A DNA stretch of 64,000 bases from Bugula neritina (lineage: Eukaryota; Animalia; Bryozoa), in assembly GCA_964035545.1 (NCBI GenBank), contig OZ037766.1:12390722-12454721 (forward strand), given 5' to 3'. The position numbers and the translations under genes were made by a program. Shown here one piece after another: positions 40,801-55,800 of the stretch. Under the pieces are notes generated by a model. It made no database searches and was not told where the DNA came from. It was given only the letters and a program-made list of their open reading frames with translations. Positions within the stretch are counted from its first letter, which is position 1. The number at the start of each line of letters is the position of its first letter.

Positions 40801-43800
40801 TTATATGTACAATGCATGAAAATTTTAAAATGCTGAAGTGTGATTACAACATTATGTTATTTTTTCTAATGCAATTTTACAGAATGTTTAGTAGCTGCCT
40901 GGGAACATCATAAAGCAGACAAATCAATACTGCAGCAGTATAAATGACGCTTTATTCAAAAAATAAAATTATAGTCAACTAAAGAGCCCCATTTAGTACT
41001 TATATTGCTGTTTTGATAAGCCATTCCTACGTTTACTGTAGAATAATTCCACATACATAAAAGTTTCAAAATGATGCAAGTAAAGGGCTTACTGTAAAAG
41101 CATGTTGAAAAAACTTGTCTCTCTTACAGTAAGCATGAAACTGTAGAATGTAGACTGAGTAGATTATTAGACATCAAGGGTTTTAGTCTGATTTTGTAGC
41201 AAAAAAAGAAAATTTATAAAGGCTAGGCAAACTATTATAGTATTGAGACTGTTAAGAGTTTCAATGTTTCATTAACTTTACCATGTATATATCACCACAG
41301 ACAAGCAACATAACTACAGTTTACACATCTGGTATCTACCTTAAACTTGTCAACTTGTCCCTGCTCAAAGTTGTCTGTCCTGTTTCGTAGTTTGTATTCT
41401 TCCGTCTTCCCATCCTCACCATACATCTGTATGAAAACATTAGCATCTGTCCCACCACTGCGTATGTCTGACGTCCACACTGTCACCTCATATGGTATTC
41501 CTGGATATGCAAAGATATATCATATAAAACTCAAATAACGCAAAATTTTATGCTGCTACAGGTTAGTTGCCAACACTACAAGTAAGGTGCTATATATACC
41601 AAATGCTTAAACCATATTTATACGAAACATAGAATGCTTATTAAAATTGTTAAAATTAATTCATGCTTAAAACACAAATTATCTGGAAAAAATAACCTAT
41701 AAAACATGACCCTGCTTCCCCAACCTTGATGTTTTTATCAAATGTCACTGAAAACCCCACATACGTTTATCAGTCTTGATAGTTTCAGTTGGCTCCAGCT
41801 CAACTTCCAGCTTTCCATCTGCCTCGTCCTCAGCGAGCCAGCGGTGCATTGCAAACCTGTAGCTGTCCCCAGTAGATGGCACTTCTATGACTAAATCATC
41901 AACAAACCATCCAGCTCCAACACCAGTCCCATCATGTCCGAGTCTAATCTTTTTAATCTGAATTCATAGAATCCAAGACATTGATGGTAAAGTAACAGGT
42001 TTAACATATCTTGACACCAATAGATCATCAGACATAACAAACATACCAAATATTATAGAAAAATTCTAAGATAATGAGTGGTTTCTTAAATCTTATAAGG
42101 AGTTGTCTTTTAATTGTGACATATAACATACAATTTCAGCTCAAGTTATAAAATCCATATATTTAATGATGTGAAAAAGGACTTTCTGCAACTATATAAC
42201 ATAAAAAAAATTATCTTCAGTTGCTTTAGGCTTTGAAAACGAATGAAGAATATTTTCAGTAACTGTATGTAATAATTTACAATAAATCTCTATCAATTAT
42301 CTATGGTTGCGAATACAATTTAATTGTAGAAGAATTTTCTTAACTTTAGTAACTATTGGCTTTATCATATTATAGTCTCAAAATTTTTCTTTATGGATTT
42401 TGAAACTAAACTTCTATGAAAATAGTTTATTGTAACTTGACATAGCTAAAATATTGAATAAAGTAAATTATAGAAAGACTACAAGGATTCTACAATAATA
42501 ATACATAATTCAACACTTTTAGACTGCCTAAATGTGTGACATATTCGAATCTATAAAAATAGCTTATCGCAAAAAAGAACACTGATTTGCAATGCTAGAA
42601 GTCTCCCACATATGGTGTAACAGCGCAGTGACTAAACTCTACCTTTCCAATATCAGTAGCCTGAAGGGGAAACTTATCAGATCTCCCGCTTTCAAACTTG
42701 TTGGAAGTATTTTCTGCACTTCTCAGCTGAAGCACGCCCGTGTCGCCTTTATCACCAAATATCTGAAAGGATGAAAAATTGTTGGCTTTCTAAAATCGTT
42801 TCTCTCAAAACTAAAACATGGTTGAGATTCAAAGTCCTGCTGCTAATTTGTACATATTATGCTATTAGAAAAGTAATAACGTACTGAATTCAACCAATGA
42901 AATATTTCATGCACTATAAAAATATGTTTCACAGTTGTAAAAGGGTAAAAGTTGTTTACAAATTGTTTAGATATACATTTAACTTTACATCATGCATTCC
43001 AAGGCAATGTTGCCCCAGTATATAACAAAAGCTGTTTTTCTGATGTTCCTATAAGTAGTATGCAGGTAGACACAGTAGATCTCAAGATTTCTAAGTGACA
43101 AAAGTGCTTCAACTGTGCAACATGAATTTACTTATATTCAGCAGATGAGTGATTTCAAAACAGACTTACTTTGAGATACGCATTGGCGTCTGTACCGGCA
43201 CCATTGACATTTCCTGTTTTTATTGTCACATTGTAAGTTGTAGTGGAAAGCAACTGCAAGCCGCCGAGAGTAATTTCCCGAACTATCAGTCCATCGTCCT
43301 CGTCAATTGCCAGCCAGCGATTGCAAGTGAATGTCTGTGTGTACTTATCAGATCCCTCCTGTTTGACTATGACTTTGTCCAGGAACCAGCCAGCTCCTGC
43401 GTTCTTCCCATCATGTCCAACACGAATCTTCGACAACTTTTTTAGCGTCACCGCCTCAAATGTGAACACATCCACCTAAAAAATTTTAAAAAGTTTAATC
43501 ACTCAGTAATAGATTTAATAATCTACAGTCCATAAATATAACAAATTCACACATACTTACAAAAACTACTTTGTAACGGAACTCAATTATTAAGATAGTG
43601 AAGCAAAATTTGTAATTATAATTATAATTGCTTTTTTTGCATTTGATTGGTTAACATAAAATTAAGTAAACTATTTATATCTATTTACAACAATGCAGAA
43701 TGGTTGAGCTTACATTGCCTTTTTCGAACTTGTTTACATTTGTGGACGAGGAAAAGAGGGGACGATCACCAGTATCCCCCAATGCACCGAATACATTCAG

Positions 43801-46800
43801 AGAGACATTGGCATCAGTACCGGCACCTCTCTTGGATCCAGTATGCACTTCAGCAATATATTTCACCACTGCAACACATTAATGGCAATAAATTAAACTT
43901 ATTATGTAGTTAATAGCAAGAACTCTTGCAATAAATTCTTTCATCTAGATTTTGGTAATAAATATTATAAAGAAATTGAAAAATAAAAATATATTATGCC
44001 ATTTTCAAAATATTGGCATAATAATCTTTCATTTTCATACAAATGCCTGAGATATAATGAATGAAGGTTATTTACATGGTAATGGAGTTTTGATTCCAGG
44101 TCCCTCAGCCGGGACCTCTCTTACAACAGATCCATCATCTTCATCAGTAGCCAGCCACCTGTTACAGTTGAACAAGTACCTTTCTTTTGTTGTCATGTTC
44201 TCCATCTCTACCTGCATGCACGAAGAAGAGTTGAAAATATCTCTTAATCTCTTAACGAAACACTTATTTAAACATTCTAATTCTACAGATTTTTGGACAC
44301 AATTCTAATTATATAATATCTTAATAATATATTTGGGCATACAGTATACCAATTATAAATAATAAATGCTAGAAAAATCAACGAAATAATAATGATTTTT
44401 CAACTTTTATTTCCCCTGGTCTTTGACTATAATAAACTAATTTGGTATGATTTCGTCAAGAGAGAAGTGAAATGGCTATCAGACATCGTCTTACAAATCT
44501 ATGACACAGTAAAACAAAAACCGACCTTGTTAAGGTGCCATCCGGCTGCAGGATTGCTATTGTCGTGTCCAATTCTGATCTTGAAGGGCTTACCAACATC
44601 AGCAATTTCTATTTTGAAGTTGTCTACTTGCCCGGCCTCAAAATTATTGGACTCGTTATCAATCCAGTACTCGTCCGACTTGCCTTTGTTGCCGTAGACG
44701 ACGAGGTATATGTTTGCGTCAGTTCCAGCCATGCGTATGTCACTGGTGTGAATCCACACATACCAGGTAACTTCTAGAGATATACAATGTGTCTGTGGAA
44801 GATGGTGTTTCGACATATCGTTGTATATATAGGATAGATGCTTACTACTAAACATTAAAGTATTAATAAAACTAAACCAGTACAATACTCTATAGTCTAT
44901 ATGAAATATAGGTTACCTGACAGCAGAGATAAAAGCCTCTATTCACGGTTCCATCTTCTTGTTTCTACTTAAATCTACGTTTATCAGCTGCATTCGCTGG
45001 TTTTTATGACCGTTATGTTATTTTAGATAATTCAGCCCTAACTCTGTAGACTATATTATATGCTTGTTCTTTGATTTATGCAGACTCTTTTATTAACTAC
45101 TGTGTAAATCATCAAATTTTCTTAATATAATTATTACCGCACATTGATTTGTAAAAAAAAACAATTATTTGTGGTCTAGCTAGAGAGTTGTGTTTTATAT
45201 ATAAAACAGTTTTTAAAACGCACAGCTGTTACTTTTATGTAATTGTTTTTTATTTGTACTCTCCAACATAATATGAAAAAATATAATTTTCGACCATGAG
45301 CAATCTACTCATGCAAACCTCTATTGGAATTTACATATTTAAGACATTACCCTGCATGCATTTATTAAAGGACTTTTCAGGTTAGCAGTTTGAATATTAG
45401 ATTTGAGAGTGTACATTTAAGACAGAGACAAATTGTGAGACTGGAAGAGGGTACATGTACTCACGTCTGTTAATAACAGCCGGTATTAGTAACCAATATC
45501 ACAACTAGTGACTTCTGACACTTACCAACTGAAGGCGCTAGTAATACACATACTATATGATACTTTCTATGGTGAAATTATTTGCAAACATATTACCATA
45601 TTATTACTATTTAGAATAAAATAAAATTTACAACAGAAATACTAATATTTATCTAAACATACTATGGTTTTTGGCAAAGGCTTAGAAATAAAAAGAGCTA
45701 TCTTTCCATAAGCTTAAGACTTCAACGCTTGGATTTCTCATTATCACTTATAAAGTAGACTCACCCAAATATGTATTACTATTTAATGGCATATAATTTG
45801 ACAAAATCTAATAATTTTTCAACGCAGCAGTGTAAATGCGCATTTAATTAGAGTGAACAAGTTGTAATACAATTGTCTAACACTGCATTAAATATAATGA
45901 CAACTTTCAAGTATGAATTGAAAGGCATGAAAATACTTTAGTTTACTAACTTTTTTCAATTTTCTTTCTCAAGTCCAAAAGTTCAGTTAGTGTATATTCA
46001 AGTAGCCCCTCTCCCTCATCTAGAGCTAGCCATTTACCACAAGGGAACGTCTGCTCTATCCCAGCACTAGGACATTTGACGACTACCTACAACAGAGACA
46101 AATTATGGAGACTGAAACAAAGACAGTAATACAGTGCAGCTTGCACAAAGTAACAATCAAGACAAGATTATAGAGTCAAGGAGCCTCATGCTAAAACATG
46201 AATAAAAAGACAGACAGACCAACAGACAGACTGATTGAAAGGTAGATAAAGCTACCAATGTTCTTGACTGGCAAACTGTAAGTGGTACAAAGTAAAGATT
46301 GTGCATAGTTAAAACCAAGGAATCAAAAATTAAACACTGAACTTGAATATATATTTCAACACATAAGTTAACTCAAAAAAGTATCAAAACACTTTCAGCT
46401 ACGCTGAGTATATCAAGAATAAACTACGTTTTAATGAAATGCTAGTTGTAGTAAAGTGATGTGACAATTACATAATTACGTCAGGAAACTTAGATATAAA
46501 AGTTTTAGTAATATATACAGAATATCCATAATACGATCCAGCTAGACAAAAATAAAAAGCATGAGGTTTACGGATTTCATCACAACCCAAGTCATTCACG
46601 AGGTTTCAAATTAGGCTTTTGAGTGAAAACAACTTCACTTCATGAATGCTTAACAAATGCAAATAGCTTCTAATATTTTTCAAAAACTATTATATATGTT
46701 TTGCAACCCTAAATTTTGCTAGAAGCTTCTGAGACAGCAGCACACAAATAATTTAGTAGCTTTTTCATGTAGAATCCATAGCTAGCTACCTGCTGACAGA

Positions 46801-49800
46801 ACCAACCGGGCCCGGCGCCACCATTGTCATGTCCAATATCAATTTTGGATAAAGGGCTCAACATCTGAGCCACTTCTACATTAAACTCATCTGTCTTTCC
46901 TCTTTCAAACTTGCCGTTGTTGAGCCATATCTTCCCACTAGTCTTAGTGCCACCTTTCCCTCCATATAACACAACGTAGACACGAGCAGATGTGCCTGCC
47001 TGTCTCTCATCTCCTGTCTCCACCTGTTCATTAACATTACATTCAATGCAATCCTGCTTTGTACAATAGAGTTTGCAAACTGATAATAAGCAAACATGAA
47101 ATTTTTTTCCTGCTATGAATATGTTTGCACAGTAACAATTCAAATATGTCCACATGAGCTCTATTCTTTTACAATAGACAACTTCTTCAGGCACTTTAGT
47201 ATCGTATCAACAATTCAATAGTCAATTTAATGAGTGAAAACAAATCATAAAACAATACACAACAGTTTTTTATGATAAAGTTAATTGTAACATTTAATAA
47301 TTTATTAGTTGGCTACTTATTGTATTGTTACTATTATTAATTTATTATGATTATAGAAGTATTAAAATTACTTTAATTTATATTTATATTATGCACCAAA
47401 GAAAGCTCATTTACGAGTTATTATAATTACTTTTTTAACTTGCAAAAATATTTGAAGAAAATTCTTCGATTGTGGAAGTACTATTTTATCATGTATTTTT
47501 AAATTTAGTCAGAGATAAGTTTTGTATGCGACAAGTCATTTAATTTTAATTTACCACTCAGTCTACTACAACTAGCCAAGAAATTAAAGTAAAACATGCA
47601 ACTGTCAAAACTACTTTACTTGTATATTTATACTAGATAAGAAGTAGTAGTGGCGGTAGATAACTAGGATGAGCTCATAACTGATATTTTATAACTCAAA
47701 ATCACACAGAGTCAGATTTTTCATCTTTCCTCAGAAAAGTAACACAATTAAAACACAATTATTGTGCATATCAATGAAGTTACTTGTATAACATATGGAA
47801 CACCAGGGGCTGCGTCATTTTCTCCAACACCACAATAAAGATCTCTGGAAATTTGGCCATCGTCTTCATTAACAGCCAGCCATCTGTTACACGGGAACTC
47901 ATACACCCTCTGTTGGTCGAGGTCATCGACTATCACCTGAGCAGCATATTTATTAGTGTAATTTATTTACTGCGTAACCAAAATCATTATGAAAAATTAT
48001 TTTGTTAGATAAATAGTAACAAGACAATTTAACCATGATTAAGTGCTGACTCAAAAATACTATAGCATGAGCTTAAAATTAATTTTAAATTGCTACAGTA
48101 AAATTTCAACATTAAATTGCTTTTATAAGATTTTCTATTTATTTTATGTAGAAAAAATTTATCAAAACATTACTATATTGTAGTTATTTTACATATGCTA
48201 ATAGCTTACCATAAGCGTAATGATTACTATTTTAGTATAACTCAAAATTGGTTATAGCAAAAACTTTAAAAGAACTTAATGTTGAAAAAATTCAGGCTGA
48301 CAGACTTTTTGTTTCGACTAAGACTGACAAAACCTGAGACTCCAAAATAGCACAAAAGCAACTTTAACTGAACGACTTTTCTAACATCACAAATGATTTT
48401 TAAGAATTTGAATGGCCGGTCTGGTCGTGATAGAAAAACAACTCTAACTGCTGAAAAGCAGCTACTTCCTAATTTATTTGAATACAAAACCTTTTAAAAA
48501 GACAAGATAGAATTTACACTTTAGATCAAAAAACAACTGTTATCTCACCTTGTCTAGAAACCAACCGGCTGAGCCACCTGCATTATCATGACCGATGCGT
48601 ATTCTTTCAAGAGTTCCAACACAGCCACATTCTATCAGAAACTCATCAGTTCTAAAATAAAGAGCTGCTTTTGGTGATGAACATAAGAGCTGGTAATAAA
48701 GTCGATATATTCAACTCTTTGCTATAAGAGTGACTTGAGTTAACATAATTTGAATAATTAGCACAAGGCTAACATTAGAACTCTAGATGTACAGGGTTAT
48801 AAATTAAACAAAAACTCATGCAACAAAACACAACTGTTGGGAAAGAGTTTCGAGTGAAATACTTACGCCCCCCTCTCAAAGTTGTTCAAAGTATTGTCAA
48901 GTTTACGCTCAGCAGAATCTCCTTGTTTACCAAACAGCGTGATGCAGACATTTGCATCAGTCCCCGCTCCTCTTTTGTTGCCAGTAAATACTGTTACCTT
49001 GTATTTGTTAGCTAAAAAGTCATACATCATAGTTTTTATTTAACATTTAATTGTTGTTCTACGCAGCTAAAATCCAATTACAAATCATTAGATGTTAAAA
49101 TAACGTAACATTAATTTATATAGTTTGTCTATAAGCATTTAACGCAACTTCTAACTTATAATAAACTGTACAACAATTTAGAGCAAAAAATTATGTAAAA
49201 TTATAGGCGTGCATGAATAATATAATTATGAAACTAATTCATTTTGCCATTTTTATTTTCCTCTGTATGTGTATATATATAATCACACATATACAAATAT
49301 ATATACACGTAATATATAATACATACGCACTCGCACTGGAGCGCATACACATAGTATATATACATATCTTTGACATTTAAAGTGAAACAAACAATAAGAG
49401 CTATAAAGAAATGGTGCAATAATTATCTAGCAGATTGAAGTAAGATGATGACTAAACAAACGAAAGATCTAATGCTACAGACAAACACCTTTGAAATACC
49501 TCAACCTACCAGCTACAATGAGATCAATAAAAATACACATATCATATGAAATTGATAAATTAATCTGCATAGGGGAATTGATATTCAGGCCTGGTCTCAC
49601 GCTCGTGAAAATCACACAAAATCGTCTATTTGACACGAAAACACAAACGTACGATAAAATTTGAGGGAATTAAAATGAAATCGCCTCCGTTGGGTGCACC
49701 CAACAAAGACGATAGACGAAAAATCACAATTAACGATAAGCACCATTTGATTGGTCAATAGAGTTTTAGCAACAGTAATTATTTCATTTCTACCACATTT

Positions 49801-52800
49801 TTCTGTTTGGCATTTTCTGCTGTTTGTATCTCGTTCAAGACTCATTCACAAACTATTTATTATGTGTTTCGTCCGACAAGTGTGTGGCTGGTCATAACGA
49901 GAGGATAACTCACAAAAATCGTCACACGATTTCATGTGATTCTCACGAGCGTGAGGCCAAGCCTTTAGTCATAATGAAAAGGCTATTAGATGACAAAATT
50001 TTCTACTGCAGCCACCATGGTAAACTTGTTTCGTTAAAAACTCTTGTTCATGCATTTAATCAGGTACACAATATTTATTCACATAACAGATCTGAGGTGA
50101 AAGGATAAACCGATAAAGTATGAACATACATTTTCTCATTGCAAGTGGATCTTTGCTACCAACCAGATCCCTACATATTGCACCATCTCCTTCATCCTTG
50201 GCCAACCACTGACCACATGGAAAAAAGTACTTCCACTGCGGATGGGTAAGATCTGTGGCTACAATCTATTCCAGCAGAACACTATTTTTGTAGTTGTAGC
50301 AATAAATGGAATCAGTGATTTTTATACAATGATCTCAAAGTAGTGGAAGTAAAAGAAGTAGTAATAGTAGTCAGTGATACAGGCAGTAGAGGAAGTTGCC
50401 AGATAGGTGAGTGAAAATTTTCCTACCATTGAAAGTATATATTCAAATACAATAATACTAAGTTGCCATAAAGTGTAACATGCATTGAATAGGACTGAAA
50501 AACACTCACTCTTTCCAAGTACCAGCCAGGACCTCTTCCTGAGTTGTCGTGCTCAACTCGCAACTTAGTCATGGGACCAACACATTTAGCTTTAAATGTA
50601 AACATATCACTTTGGTTTCTTTCAAATGAGTTTTTACTCTTATTCTTCAAGGCTACTTTCTCCGTCTGACCACTTTTACCATATAAGGTAACAAATACAT
50701 TGGCGTCTGTACCAGCACCATTCTTGTCACCCGTAATTACGGTCAACTCGTATTCTGTTAATAAGCAGCACATATAAAAATTTCAAGCAGGAATAAACAA
50801 ATAACTTCATGATTTTTGAAGATTACATCACATTTTTAATTAATTACACAGTAGACATTTAGTTTACAAATAGTAAGTCCATTACCATAAAAATATAAAA
50901 AAACAGTCTAGAAAAAACTAACATGGACATATTAAGGCAAATAAAATCGCTCCTTATTAGTTTACTTGTCCTGCCAAATGTTTTAAGTTAGAGTTAGAAT
51001 GACAACTGACCTAATTTGAGAATATACAAGTCCTCATGCTGTCTGTTAATTTATAATATGAGCTGAAAATCCAGCTTTTTACAATGATCGCAAAATTAGC
51101 TTCTCTTTGCTTGTTAATTGCAATAATATTATTACAGCTCACTAATAATGTAAAAACAGATGCAAAAAAAGTTTGTTATTTTTTCAATTTACGTATTCCA
51201 ATAGATTTGATATATAAGAAGATCTCTTTCATAGCCTACCAGTCTTTGCAGTCAGCTGAGCATAAAGAGTTCGGGCAATTTGACAATCTGTATGGTGGAG
51301 AGAAAACCACTGACCACAGCTAAACAACCACTTCCTGTGGTTTGTCAGGTTCACTATTTCAACTTCTTCCACAAACCATGCGTCCTTTTCTGTTAGCCCA
51401 TCATGCTATATTATAAGGGTAATATTTTATCCAAACTTGCAAAATTGCCATTAAATTTTAAAATATTTATAACCAAATAAAATAAGACTTTCATAGCATA
51501 GTGCAACCAGCTTTGATTTACATGAATTACATTCAGTTGCCATAGAGATTATTTGTTATTCTAAAGTTGGAATCTAATCCCAACTGGTCCTGTAGCACGC
51601 TAGTATTGTAAAGAGCTCACAGTTTAACAGAAACTCTTTAACACTAGGGGTTTTCTCAGAATTAAAGTCTATGGGCAACATGAATTTAGAGTAAATGATG
51701 TATAAATTAAAATGATTAAGTCAATTTAAAATATAGTTTGTTGCCTAAAGCACAAATCTGATATATTGGACACATTATTATTAAAAACTGAGCATAGAAT
51801 ATTGCGGTGTGTACGAATGCTTGCATTTAAAGGCCAAAATTAGAAGCACGCAAGTGTATATTGTGTAATACTTATATTATGCAATGCAGGACATAATATT
51901 AATGTGTGTGATTGGTACACACCTCTAAAGTGATTGACTTTATGTCTCCAACATCTTCTGACTTAATTTTGAATACTTGTGTAGAACCTGGTAAAAACTT
52001 GAAAGCTTTCGTCTTTGATTTCTTGTTCTCTGCAGCAGATTTTGATTTGATTGAAGATTTGCTTTTGCTAAGGCATTTCTTGGTCATCTTTCCTTTACTG
52101 CCTTTCATCCGAAGATAGACTCGGGCACTAGTGCCATTGTTTTTCTGACCCCCGGTTGTAATTGACACTTTGTAGACAGTTTCCTTTCTAATTGTTACCC
52201 CTGTACTGTTTCCATTCTTTGATTTAATTTTGCCAGTACGAGTATCAGGAACATAAACGTAGCGCCCTCCACTGCCACTACCCCGTTGGTGTTTCTAAAA
52301 GATAGAAGATATAATTTAGAAATATAGGATTATTATGATGACTAAAGCAACATTGCATGTTATATGGTGATATATTATAATATGTCAAATAATGATCAAA
52401 GCCACTACTTCTATCTATAGTATAAAGCAAGAAAAGTTTATTTTGAAAGCAGTAATACTCAATATTAAAGTCTATACTATCTGCAGGTGTATTGAGTATC
52501 AACATGATGCAATATATAACAAAACACTGTTGTAGACATCAAATGAACTATATAATATACAATAAAATACTCCAGTAGACATCACATTAACTATATAACA
52601 TATAATAGAATACTGAGTACTTAAAGAATTTTACACAAAATAGGTTTAATTACAATCTTTCACAGTTAAAAAATACTGCCATTAGACAGCTTAAATATTT
52701 TATGTTTGGTATTAGGGATTTGTACTAAAATAAGTGAGCTGACTCAATTTAGTTTAAGCAACAAATTCTAACATGCTGCTATATCGCAGTCTTTCAACTT

Positions 52801-55800
52801 CAGCTGTCATGCAGCTGTGTGACAGTTTTCCAGATAATTGAATCTGATATTTTATTTATGAAAATTAACTTTCTTACCTAAATTACAGCAAGCTAATAAG
52901 TAAGACACATTTTTGTCGTTCAAAAAATGTAATCACAAAAACAGGTTGACCTGCAACAAACATTTTGAGTGAACAAATTCCAAACTTAAACAAAATATTA
53001 TGATTTACATAGACTATCAACCAGTTACTATTGATATAGTGAGTTGAGATAAATTCATATTGAGCTAGCAACATACAGGCATGATCTTGGGTATATTTGA
53101 AAATCTTCTGGAGAAATACTCATGTAAGTGAGGGTCTTCCAGCGCATCGTATGCAGGAAGTCTCATACTAGGAGCTCCGCCACCCACGTCTACTGTGGGT
53201 CTCCCTAGAGGAAACATCAGCAAAGCTCTAGAAATCTCAGGCTATATTGGTCAATGATAAACTATTTAACGAGTGTTGCATACTGGTAAATTAATAGTAA
53301 TTCGAATTGGAATTTAAATAAACATGTCAAGTTACACCTGCTATTTATGCAAAAACCAGTGTGAAAAAACTATTAAATTTTAATAAAATGATCTGGTGGT
53401 TAGAGTGCTGGCTTAGTAAACACAAGGTCAGTGGTTCAAATCCCAGTAAAGGTTATTGGTGATGCTAGGAAGGGCAATCATTCGTAATATCTCATTTATA
53501 AAAATATAAAACAAGTCCTTAAAAACACCCTTTTCATCAGGGGTCCTCACGGGGATGCCAACTTTAAACCCACTACAATTTCATTAAATTTTAATGCAAT
53601 GATATAAATTTGGAAGTGCATACAACTGAATATATAGAGAGAATAACAGTAAGTGAGAAACAAATTAATTTTAGACTTGGAACCAAGATTTCTTCATCAA
53701 TAATAAGAAGAGGTGCACAGGCTACCTATAGCAGTATTCCTGTAGACTTGTGTAGATCTGTTGACATAAGGCGCAGTTAGGACTGGACGCTGACTAGGTG
53801 CAGGAGAATGAGTAGTTCTATACTCAGTATTGCCATATGCAGACCTGTGATTGGAGCGAATCGGGCCATTGTTGTAGTAGGTATCTCTTATGTACGATGG
53901 CTTGTATGTGGGTGCTAAACATATGAAACGGGGTGTGTATACTAGTCTTTCGAACTTTTTTAGCAAATTAAAGTTGTGTTAAAAAAAAGTTCGCCAATTG
54001 AAAAAATTAAGTGAAGAATGGTGACCACTATAATGCTTATGAAGAGAAATTTAAATGATATTTTTTATTCTAAACTACAGCCTACTTGTGACTTCACGCT
54101 TAGAGCCAATCATGAGCTCCAATTAACCAAGATTCAATCTTTATTAGTCTTGGAAAGTTTTCTGTTGCCTAACACTTATTTGTAGAATTTTACTACTTAA
54201 AATTTACTCAGAGTAGAGTAGAGTATTTGTGCATTATAAAAAATCTATAATATAAGAGGGCAAAGTAATAATCTAGTAATCAAATACTTTATGGTAAAGT
54301 AAATAATACCTAATTGCTGATACATTTTTAGACACAATTTCTCTTTTATAATTAATATCTTCTATATCTAATACATGTCTCTTAACTACATGGAGCATTA
54401 ATCACAACTTAAACATCTTCAAGCAAGAAGGTAACATGGGTGATGCTAATTTTAAGTTCCAAAATCATAAGATAATTTCATCCTAAATGGTAGTCTATTC
54501 AGTACAAAGCTAGACACATTTACTTATGAGAGTTATGACCACAAAAAAGTCAATGATACTAACTATTCATAGATTTAGAATAATTTCTAGACAGGGTTGG
54601 GGTAATTGTAATTTGTAATTGTAATTGGCTGTAATTAATTACATTTTTTCAAGTAACTGAATGTAATTTGTAATTGAGGTTTAAAAATGTAATTGTAATT
54701 GTAATTGTAATTAATTACATATCTAATGTAATTGATTTTTACAATTACTTTATAATTACATGTCAATTACTTCAAACTTTTAAATCTTAAAAAACTCCTT
54801 TTTTTTCTACAATGCCTGCTGTTAAATAACAAGTTCAGATAGTTAGGTCAATATAGTAGGGTCATTCCATGCCAGCTCACCGAATTGCCCGCGTCTATTT
54901 TCGTCTCAGATTTTGTTCATGTTTACACCAAATAGACCTACACATGTCTCAAGTACTCTTCTTCAGTATTTCTGACCTGACACAAATTTTTTTTGAGAAC
55001 TGACTACTTTTGTGGACAAAAGTTGAGAAACATTTTGAGAAAAATTTGTGATTTCTACTTTTAGACTAATCTATAAACGTTTATATCTCGATCAATTTTC
55101 TAGACCAAGCCTTAAAATTTGCTGTGTGATTTGATAATACCTATCAATTTGCACTAGTAGCAACACATACTACAGAATACTTTGTGTGCATATATGCAAA
55201 GTCATTGAATATGAACAAATCTTTGTAAATTTTGAAAAATTTCAAATACTCCCCTAATCAAATTTTGAATTACATATAAATTGGTCTAAAAGTATAAATC
55301 ACAAATTTTCCTCAAAATATTTTCCAACCTTTGTTCACCAAAGTAGTAATTTCTCAAAATATTTTTGTGTCAGGCCAGAAATATTCACGAATGGTAATCT
55401 GAACATGTGTAGGTCCATTTAGTGTAAATATGAGCAAAATCTGAGACACAAAGATGTGGGACCCCTTGGAAGTTGGTTGATTTGGTATGGAATGACATAA
55501 TAGTATCACTGTAGAAAACAAAAGAGGTTCACCATTGCCGCTGGTAGTTGGACCCTAGAAGTAACTTCTATTTATTCCTTGCGAGAACAAAAGTAATTGT
55601 AATTGTAATTAATTACATTGCCATGTAATTGTAATTGTAATTAATTACATTTATTTTTAACTGTAATTATAATTGTAATTGTAATTGACAAATCTTCATG
55701 TAATTGTAATTGTAATTAATTACATTTACATGTAATTGACCCCAACCCTGTTTCTAGATATTCATTACAAATGCCAAAGCAAGTTTTAAGAAAACTATTT

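Noticed and set aside
51084-51323. ORF with signal-peptide-like start ([19 protein letters not shown])
   Set aside because: AT-rich intron plus antisense exon; no other support.
27160-52118. Numerous plus-strand ORFs overlapping LOXHD1 (e.g. 27160, 29537, 31937, 43243, 44535, 51912)
   Set aside because: Antisense open frames of PLAT exons with no independent domain or splice support.
53393-53470. tRNA gene
   Set aside because: A/B boxes present but no acceptor-stem pairing, and a SINE-like body follows.
54600-55740. CRISPR-like or telomeric array (GTAATT repeats)
   Set aside because: No repeat-spacer structure, eukaryotic context, and bounded by TIRs and an 8-bp TSD.
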